Virus record (IMG/VR): IMGVR_UViG_3300022752_004319 | Coordinates: 32,001-96,000 of that record | Reading direction: 5' to 3' (one strand) | Length of the DNA: 64,000 nt | Source: a virus | Shown here: positions 31,605 through 39,293 of the stretch, in pieces | Numbering within the stretch: position 1 is the first letter of the stretch | Layout: the number at the start of each line of letters is the position of its first letter | Program-made: the position numbers and the translations under genes | The notes under the pieces: generated by a model | What the model saw: only the letters and a program-made list of their open reading frames with translations | What the model was told of the DNA's origin: nothing | Databases searched by the model: none

Positions 31605-34361
31605 ATGATCACAACAGAAGAAATCAAAAGTTTTTTAGAGGGTAACGATCCCGAAGAACATATTGTCGCACTTGAGTTCGATTATGCAAGTGAGGATATC
31701 TACAAAATCAAGGAAATCCCCGGTAAAGGTAAACAAATTGTCAGGGATACTTTTATTCCGTTTTGTTGGGTTGGTGATTTACGTAAATTAAACTTTTATG
31801 GTGGATCGAAAGCTCTTCAGAAAGAGGCTATGTCCAAACATAAAATTCTCATTGAAAAACTAGAAACTCACGATAATGAAAGATTAACCCAAGGTCTTAC
31901 GTTCTTGGTGAAATCCTTAAAAGGATATAGAAATCTTATTCAGTTTTTTCGTGATGGTGGTATAGACCCTTGGGGTGATGCGGCAAAAGAACAATTTCTA
32001 TTATTACCACCAGTTGAACAATATTTGATTCAAAAAGAAAAAAGATTATTCAAGGGATATGAAGAATACAACGATATCACTCGATTTGTGTTTGACTTAG
32101 AGACGACCGCACTCGATCCAAAAGATGGTCGCATTTTTATGATTGGTATGAAGACAAATAAAGGTTTTCATCAAGTTATTGAATGTCTCACAGAAGAACA
32201 AGAAAAACAAGGATTGATTGAGTTCTTCAGGACAATACATAAAGTTAATCCAAGTATCATTGGTGGTTACAATAGTTTTAACTTTGACTGGCAATGGATC
32301 ATTGAAAGATCAAAAGCTCTTGGTTTGGATATGAAGAAGATTTGTATCACTCTCAATCCAGAAAGACATTTCTCACAAAAAGAACAATTGCTCAAACTTG
32401 GTAATGAGGTTGAGAAATTCAATCAGATTGGAATGTGGGGTTATAATGTAATTGATATTCTTCATGCTGTAAGACGAGCTCAATCAATCAATTCAAACAT
32501 TAAAAGTGCTGGTCTTAAGTATATCACACAATACTTGGAACTAGAAAGTCCAAATCGTATCTACATAGATCATCAAAACATCGGTAAGATGTACGAAAAA
32601 AAAGAGGAGTATTGGTTAAATATTAACAATGGAAAATATAAAAAAGCTGATATTCCTGAGTTTGCTAATTTAGATCAAAGATTTCCATCAGTTTATGAAA
32701 AAGTTACTGGAGATAAAATTGTTGAGATGTATCTTGACGATGACTTGGATGAAACTTTACGTGTTGATGAAGAGTTCAATCAAGGCTCTTTTCTTCTAGC
32801 ATCACTTGTACCAACGACTTACGAAAGAGTTTCCACAATGGGAACCGCGACGTTATGGAAAATGATTATGCTCGCTTGGTCATACAAACACAACTTAGCA
32901 ATTCCAAAAAAACAAGAAAAAAAGGATTTTGTGGGTGGATTATCACGTCTTATTAAAGTGGGTTATTCTACCAATGTTCTTAAACTCGACTTTAGTTCAC
33001 TTTACCCTTCTATTCAACTTGTACACGAAGTTTTTCCTGATTGTGATGTGACCGGGGTGCTCAGAGGATTTTTGAAGTTTTTCCGTGATTCTCGTATATT
33101 ATACAAACAACTTGCGGAAGAATTACACGAGACAGATCCAAAAAAATCAAAATCATACGATAGAAAACAATTACCTATCAAAATCTTTATCAATAGTATG
33201 TTTGGTGCCCTGTCAGCTCCTCATGTCTTTGCTTGGGGTGATATGTATATGGGAGAACAAATTACCTGTACTGGTAGACAATACCTTCGTCAAATGACAA
33301 AGTTTTTTATGGCACGTGGTTATGAACCACTTGTGATGGATACGGACGGTATTAACTTCTCAGCGCCGAACGGAGTTGAAGATCGAGTTTATATTGGTCG
33401 AGGTAACAATTGGAAAGTTAAAAAGGGTAAAGAGTATAAGGGCGCTGCAGCTGATATTGCTGAGTATAATGATATTTTTATGCGTGGTGAGATGGCGTTG
33501 GAGAACGATGGTGTGTGGCCTAGTTGTATAAACATCGCCAGAAAAAACTACGCACTTCTCACAGAAAAAGGAAAAATCAAGTTGGTTGGGAACACTATTA
33601 AATCAAAAAAATTACCGGGTTATATCGAGGAGTTTCTTGATAGAGGAATTAAATTATTACTTCAAGGTAACGGAAAAGAATTTGTCGAGTTTTATTATGA
33701 ATATCTGACAAAGATCTACAATATGGAAATTCCTTTAGTTAAAGTAGCTCAAAGAGGTAAAATAAAACAAAGTATCTCTGACTATGAAAAAAGATGTAAA
33801 CAAACAACTAAGGCGGGTAATTTGATGGCAAGACAAGCACATATGGAACTTGTAATTCAAAATGGGATGAGTGTGAATTTGGGTGATGTTATTTATTACG
33901 TCAACAATGGAACCAAAATTTCTCAAGGAGATGTGTCCAAAAAGGGTGATACTATTACATTAAATTGTTATTTGGTAAGTCAAAGTGACATCGATAATAA
34001 TCCAAATTTAACAGGTGTTTATAATGTTCCTCGAGCAATCTCAGTATTCAATAAACGTATTGAACCACTTTTGGTTGTGTTTAAACCAGAAGTAAGGGAT
34101 ATTTTGTTGGTCACCAATCCAGAAAAAAGAGAGTTTTTCACAACTTTACAATGTCAACTTGTAAATGGACAACCGTTCAATGAAACCGATCAAGATAATT
34201 TACAAAGAGATGTTTTGGAAATTACCGACCAAGAATTGGAGTATTGGAAAAAAAGGGGTCTTGATCCAAACTACATTTACGATCAAGCTGAAGATGGGTG
34301 GGAAGAGGAATTAAACTACCAAAGTTTAACACCATCAGAAGAAAGTATGTACCAATTGTGA
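31605..34361 (+). CDS. polB: Family B DNA polymerase
   Basis: FDLETT and GYNSFNFD (exonuclease); LDFSSLYPS, KIFINSMFG, MDTDG and KNYA (polymerase motifs). Confidence 0.95.
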   Translation: MITTEEIKSFLEGNDPEEHIVALEFDYASEDIYKIKEIPGKGKQIVRDTFIPFCWVGDLRKLNFYGGSKALQKEAMSKHKILIEKLETHDNERLTQGLTFLVKSLKGYRNLIQFFRDGGIDPWGDAAKEQFLLLPPVEQYLIQKEKRLFKGYEEYNDITRFVFDLETTALDPKDGRIFMIGMKTNKGFHQVIECLTEEQEKQGLIEFFRTIHKVNPSIIGGYNSFNFDWQWIIERSKALGLDMKKICITLNPERHFSQKEQLLKLGNEVEKFNQIGMWGYNVIDILHAVRRAQSINSNIKSAGLKYITQYLELESPNRIYIDHQNIGKMYEKKEEYWLNINNGKYKKADIPEFANLDQRFPSVYEKVTGDKIVEMYLDDDLDETLRVDEEFNQGSFLLASLVPTTYERVSTMGTATLWKMIMLAWSYKHNLAIPKKQEKKDFVGGLSRLIKVGYSTNVLKLDFSSLYPSIQLVHEVFPDCDVTGVLRGFLKFFRDSRILYKQLAEELHETDPKKSKSYDRKQLPIKIFINSMFGALSAPHVFAWGDMYMGEQITCTGRQYLRQMTKFFMARGYEPLVMDTDGINFSAPNGVEDRVYIGRGNNWKVKKGKEYKGAAADIAEYNDIFMRGEMALENDGVWPSCINIARKNYALLTEKGKIKLVGNTIKSKKLPGYIEEFLDRGIKLLLQGNGKEFVEFYYEYLTKIYNMEIPLVKVAQRGKIKQSISDYEKRCKQTTKAGNLMARQAHMELVIQNGMSVNLGDVIYYVNNGTKISQGDVSKKGDTITLNCYLVSQSDIDNNPNLTGVYNVPRAISVFNKRIEPLLVVFKPEVRDILLVTNPEKREFFTTLQCQLVNGQPFNETDQDNLQRDVLEITDQELEYWKKRGLDPNYIYDQAEDGWEEELNYQSLTPSEESMYQL

Positions 34362-34651
34362 TATATGAAAACTAATTCAATACAAGATCCTTTTTCTATT
34401 TGAATTTCGTCCCAATACTCATCAATTCTATTTTCATCTGGAACGATCAAAACATTGGTCATAGCTTTGATCTTTACTCTATCTGTGGTTTGGTTATTTA
34501 ACTTAATTGTACAAATTTCAACATCTTTTACAACAATAGCGTATTCTCCATTTGTTGTGTACAATTCTTCGGAAACAACAGCTAACTCAGAAGTTTTGAC
34601 TTGTGTTCCGTTAATTATTTTTTCACTCGGTATTGTTCTTATTACTGCCAT
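34316..34651 (-). CDS. Hypothetical protein, possibly a small structural domain
   Basis: 111-aa ORF directly after the neck gene, with a convergent overlap with the polB 3' end. Confidence 0.55.
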   Translation of the reverse strand: MAVIRTIPSEKIINGTQVKTSELAVVSEELYTTNGEYAIVVKDVEICTIKLNNQTTDRVKIKAMTNVLIVPDENRIDEYWDEIQIEKGSCIELVFIYHNWYILSSDGVKLW

Positions 34652-34652
34652 T

Positions 34653-35765
34653 TTACACTGTTGTAATCGGTACTGGAAAAGCTCTGTATTGCATTTGTTT
34701 ATTTAGATTTTCAGCAATTTTTGCTTCTCTTTCCATTATAAATTCTGGTCTTAATCTTTCAAGTCTTTTTGTTAATTCTTCTAATAAAATTTGTTTTTCA
34801 TCTTTAGCCTCCGTGGATAGTGATGTATAATCCATTTGAAGTTCACTATCTGGTGTTTTAAGATTTCCACTAAATTTACCTCTTACACGAGCTAAAGTTT
34901 CTTTAGCATAAGCTGTTAACCACCTTCTTACCCATTGTTGAGCAGGATCATTCAGATCTTGCCATGATAGTGCATCTAATGGGATATCGGAGGGTAATTT
35001 TACAATATCGGGATTATCCTTCAGACATTGATCCCTATCCTTATCGTAGGTATCATAATACCAATACCATACTTTTCCTCTATTAAGTTCTGAATTACCA
35101 AAGTCAAATTTACCACCGGGTGTATTATAAAGCATAATCGCTTTTTTTCCGTTAGGAAGTGCTGTAACTCTATATTGTAGATCTGGTTGTATGATTCTTC
35201 TTTTTATGTTGACATCTTGAAGTCGAGCCAAAACATCATAAGATGAAAAGAAAAAGTAACCACCACCACCCCAACCAGGTTGAGCATACCCACCTGGTCC
35301 ACCTATGCCTGGGCCACCTAAGGCCCCGAACGACCAAGGGTCAAAAAGTATGTTACTTTCTTCAGCTGGAGAAAACCATAAAAGTTCATTCAATTCACGT
35401 CCAGCAGGTATTTCGTATATTTGTTGATTCGCCTGTAATTGAATGTAATCTTTTTTTAACACCCACGGTCCTGAATTTTGTAGACCAACAATTTTGGAAT
35501 AAGCGTAAGTATATTGAGTTTCCCAATCTAGTGATCTTCTGACCAATGCATTTGCCACTGATTGTGTTTCTAGGTTTAAACCATATAGGGATGTCCATTG
35601 AGATTCAATCAACCAATCTTGCACATACTGGGTGTAATCACCAATTGATAATTCCATAAGTGAATCCATCATTTCGTCTGTAAGTTCTACAGAACGTAAA
35701 GGTGCTCCTAAGAGGTTATAAATCCTCTTGTACATTCTACTTCTATCTGGTTCAGCTATTATCAT
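34653..35765 (-). CDS. Neck / head-tail adaptor protein (T4 gp13-like)
   Basis: LGAPLRSVELTDE N-terminus and WVRRW..A.AKE.L..VRGKF C-terminus resemble gp13-family neck proteins. Confidence 0.7.
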   Translation of the reverse strand: MIIAEPDRSRMYKRIYNLLGAPLRSVELTDEMMDSLMELSIGDYTQYVQDWLIESQWTSLYGLNLETQSVANALVRRSLDWETQYTYAYSKIVGLQNSGPWVLKKDYIQLQANQQIYEIPAGRELNELLWFSPAEESNILFDPWSFGALGGPGIGGPGGYAQPGWGGGGYFFFSSYDVLARLQDVNIKRRIIQPDLQYRVTALPNGKKAIMLYNTPGGKFDFGNSELNRGKVWYWYYDTYDKDRDQCLKDNPDIVKLPSDIPLDALSWQDLNDPAQQWVRRWLTAYAKETLARVRGKFSGNLKTPDSELQMDYTSLSTEAKDEKQILLEELTKRLERLRPEFIMEREAKIAENLNKQMQYRAFPVPITTV

Positions 35766-38533
35766 TACGTGATATTTACTGACCCATTATAAAACCCTAC
35801 GTTCAATGTTACAAGTCCGACAGGTGGAGGAGCATCCACGCCTATTTCAAGACCATACTCTAGGGCATTATATCCACAAAATACATTTAATGGTGACAAT
35901 CCAGCTTGAAGAGTATTAAATCTCAATTTAAATAGTTCTCCACCTTCAAAGCGAAAACTATTTGCACTGCTCCAGACCATAGCAATAGCTTGACCACTTC
36001 CACAATTCTGTGTAAAACCAGTACAATTGTCTTGGGGTGATGTGAATCCACTCCAAGTATATGTTATTCGAGGGTTTGCACAACTTAACTTAGTTGGGTC
36101 ATAAGTTATTTTCATACCCACAACCGTCATATCAATAGGTTCTTTTACTGTAAAAATGACAGGAACTTCAACAATTGAATTTACTTGCGCAGATACTTTT
36201 CCAATTGTTACAACATTATAACATAACTGTCCCCATCGTGGTTGTTTACTTGGTGTATTCACCCAAGTTGAATTTGCACCCGTGTTAAAGAATGCAGGTT
36301 GGGTTGCAATACTAGAAACACACCAATCACTTAAATCTTGATTAAATAATGTAGCATTTCTAAACATACTTGTCATAGTCATAGTTTCTATTTCGGAAAA
36401 ATCAAAATATCCAATATCTTGATTAAATGCCGTACAACCGTTGAACATATTTCCAAGGTTTAACCCTAAGCTGGCTTTCTTTTCAAATTCCCATCCAACA
36501 ATTGGCTGATTAAATATCGTGCACCCTGAAAATATACTAGATTGATTTCCTAATGTTAGTGTTATACCACTAAATATAGGTGAATTAAAAGATTGGGCAT
36601 TAGTTAAAAAACTATTGATGATTACACTGAAGCGAGTACTATTAGGTTTTAAATTCCAATTAGAAAGATTTGAATTAAATTGATAACAATTTTGAAACAT
36701 CCCACTAAGGGACTCACAAGAATTCATACTCCAACCACTTACATCCCCATTGAATACAAAACAGTCTTTAAACATATTAGTTGTTGATGTAACTTTACCC
36801 ATATCCCACTCATTTAATCTATTAATTGTAGTCAGACTACGACATCCATTGAAAAAATTATTTAGGACAGTTCCCAATATTGGTAAATCAGGACAATCTA
36901 CAGAAATCAAATTAAAACAATTATTAAATTGACCAGTTATAGTTGCACCACCATTTTGAAACAAGTTAACGTTTCCCCATTGTTTAATCTTTTTTAACAT
37001 CAATCGTGAAGTTGGAACGAAAGAAAATGACCATAAATTCAGTGTACCATTTATTACAATGGTATACGTACCATCCGCCGCATAAGTGTGTTGTGCGTTT
37101 ATTGAATTAACCGCTTGAACATTGCCACTTTGACCATCACCCCAACTTACTGTAAAATTATAAGAACCTGTATTCACTAGTGGTAAATAAAATGTACGTA
37201 AACTTGCATTAGCCTCAACCTCAATTATGAATGAATCTGGTGATTCAGCACGTGTTGGCGATACTGTAACTGTGGGTGTTACTGTAGGAGAGACTGATGG
37301 TGATATAGTTGGTGTTGGTGTTATATCTGGTGTTACTGGTGGTGTTGCCCCAAAAGATCTAGAAGTTGTCGGTGATGGTGTATTGGTTGGACTTACAGAA
37401 TTTGTTACCGTTGGTGTTGATGTTGGTTGTGGTGTTGGTTGATTTGGACAATTACTAAAAGTCAAATTAAGATTTCCTTGACAATAATTTGGTTCTTGGT
37501 TGATATACCCACCAGTGTAGTTTACTAGGGTTGCCGCAGAATATTGACCAGAAGGACTAGGAGGTCCTACTATTTTATTAATAAACGTATAAAGAACACC
37601 TGTAGAGGGATCTTGAAAGCCATAACCATTGTCAATATCAGAATTACTAGTTTTTAAGACATAAACATACTTTGCGGTATAAGAACCACCAGACACTGTA
37701 GAACAACAATCTTGAAAAATATTATAAGTAAAATTACTTGTAATTGTTGGTGTAGGCGTTGCAAATGGTGTTGGTTGTACATTAGAACAGTTTTGTATTT
37801 GGGAAATAAATGAACTAGATCCTGCAGAAAAAAATGTTGCATAAATGGGTGTAGAAGGTTCTTGAAGTTGAACATCCATAAACCCTTGCCATCTATTACC
37901 AAAAAACGATATAGGTTGATTTGTTGTTAAATCAAATATTCGATCTCCAGCCACAAGCTGACTCAAAGGTTTTGTTGTGTATCCTACAGGATTTCCATCG
38001 CTTCCCACAAAATTTCGAACCGCAGTACAAAGGAGCCCTGATTGTGTGTATCCTTGGGCAGGGTATTGAGGTCTGAAAACGTTGTATTTGGTTACACCTG
38101 AAGTTGGTGTTATTGTTGGTGTCAAGGTTGGAGTTGTTGTTACTTGAGGTGTTACATTTGAATTTCTGGTTGATGTTGGACTATTTGTTGGATTTGGTGT
38201 AGACCCTAAAGATTTTGTCGGTGTTGCTGTAACAGTATTAGAAGGTGTGTTAGGTGGTGTGGTGGTATTTGTTGGTGTGTTAGATGGTGTTGATCTAGGT
38301 GTACTAGTTGGTAGTGCGGTTCTAGAGGCTGTTAATGGTGGAAACGAATAAGAATCAGTGAATGTTTGTTGTTCTTCCGCTGTTTTTAATGTCCCATCGA
38401 TATACCAAATATTGATAGTTTCACCTGGATTTACCAAATGATTTGGTATAATCATATTATCAGAACATCTTCTATAACTTATAGTACTAATTTTAGATGA
38501 ATTATTAGTTAATGTGGTTTTTTTACAAAACAT
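35765..38533 (-). CDS. Modular putative virion adhesin: Thr-Pro stalks, PKD-like domain, DUF285/BspA repeats, C-terminal cohesin-like domain
   Basis: VSWGDG; WDMGKVTSTTNMF, FNQPIVGW, FNQDIGYF and FNQDLSDWCV repeats; C-terminus VTIGKVSA..VEVPV...ITYDPTKL...LFKLRF...NGSVNI. Confidence 0.7.
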   Translation of the reverse strand: MFCKKTTLTNNSSKISTISYRRCSDNMIIPNHLVNPGETINIWYIDGTLKTAEEQQTFTDSYSFPPLTASRTALPTSTPRSTPSNTPTNTTTPPNTPSNTVTATPTKSLGSTPNPTNSPTSTRNSNVTPQVTTTPTLTPTITPTSGVTKYNVFRPQYPAQGYTQSGLLCTAVRNFVGSDGNPVGYTTKPLSQLVAGDRIFDLTTNQPISFFGNRWQGFMDVQLQEPSTPIYATFFSAGSSSFISQIQNCSNVQPTPFATPTPTITSNFTYNIFQDCCSTVSGGSYTAKYVYVLKTSNSDIDNGYGFQDPSTGVLYTFINKIVGPPSPSGQYSAATLVNYTGGYINQEPNYCQGNLNLTFSNCPNQPTPQPTSTPTVTNSVSPTNTPSPTTSRSFGATPPVTPDITPTPTISPSVSPTVTPTVTVSPTRAESPDSFIIEVEANASLRTFYLPLVNTGSYNFTVSWGDGQSGNVQAVNSINAQHTYAADGTYTIVINGTLNLWSFSFVPTSRLMLKKIKQWGNVNLFQNGGATITGQFNNCFNLISVDCPDLPILGTVLNNFFNGCRSLTTINRLNEWDMGKVTSTTNMFKDCFVFNGDVSGWSMNSCESLSGMFQNCYQFNSNLSNWNLKPNSTRFSVIINSFLTNAQSFNSPIFSGITLTLGNQSSIFSGCTIFNQPIVGWEFEKKASLGLNLGNMFNGCTAFNQDIGYFDFSEIETMTMTSMFRNATLFNQDLSDWCVSSIATQPAFFNTGANSTWVNTPSKQPRWGQLCYNVVTIGKVSAQVNSIVEVPVIFTVKEPIDMTVVGMKITYDPTKLSCANPRITYTWSGFTSPQDNCTGFTQNCGSGQAIAMVWSSANSFRFEGGELFKLRFNTLQAGLSPLNVFCGYNALEYGLEIGVDAPPPVGLVTLNVGFYNGSVNIT

Positions 38534-38567
38534 AATTTTCTTATTTTTTGATAAATATATTGATATG

Positions 38568-39257
38568 TTATAATCTATCAGCTACGTACTCCCAATCGAC
38601 AACTCTCCAAAAATTTTTTATGTATTCGTCTCTTCTGTTTTGATATTTGAGGTAATATGCGTGTTCCCATACATCCAAACCAAGAATTGGTTTTCCACCA
38701 TCTTTAACAAAACCCATCATTGGATTGTCTTGGTTTGGTGTTGTTATAATTTTTAATTTACCATTATCTTTAAGTATCAACCAAACCCAACCAGAACCAA
38801 ATACAGTTTTTGCCGCCTCGTCAAACTTCTTTTTGAATTCCTTAAGGGTTCCAAAGTTTGAATTTATTCTCGATTCAAGTTTTGTTGGTATTTTTGATGC
38901 GTTAGGTGTCATCATTTCCCAAAATAAAGAATGATTATATGCTCCACCAGCATTATCACGAATTAATTTTTCGTTTTCTTTGACCGATGAAACAATCTCC
39001 TCTAACGACATATTTTCATATCGTTTTCCTTTAGTTGCAAGATTAAGTTTGTCCACATATCCCTTGTAATGTTTTGTATAGTGAACATTCATCGTTGTTG
39101 GATCGATAAACGCTTTTAGTGATGTAAATGAATATGGTAGTGGTTCAACAACAACATTACCGTGTTTAATCTTGGATTTTTTTTGTTCTTCTATTAATCT
39201 TCTACGTTCTTCAATTTTCTGTTCAATTAACTCAATTCTATTTTCCAAATATTTCAT
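38568..39257 (-). CDS. sod: Fe/Mn superoxide dismutase (Mn-type signature)
   Basis: LPY, HYTKH, NAGGAYNHSLFW, FGSGWVWL, NQDNP and DVWEHAYYL motifs. Confidence 0.95.
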   Translation of the reverse strand: MKYLENRIELIEQKIEERRRLIEEQKKSKIKHGNVVVEPLPYSFTSLKAFIDPTTMNVHYTKHYKGYVDKLNLATKGKRYENMSLEEIVSSVKENEKLIRDNAGGAYNHSLFWEMMTPNASKIPTKLESRINSNFGTLKEFKKKFDEAAKTVFGSGWVWLILKDNGKLKIITTPNQDNPMMGFVKDGGKPILGLDVWEHAYYLKYQNRRDEYIKNFWRVVDWEYVADRL

Positions 39258-39293
39258 ACTCCACCAAGACTTTAGTGTCTCTAATAAGTATTT

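Noticed and set aside
34316-34361. Convergent overlap of polB and the 111-aa gene as a regulatory device
   Set aside because: Short 3' overlaps are common in compact phage genomes, and there is no further evidence
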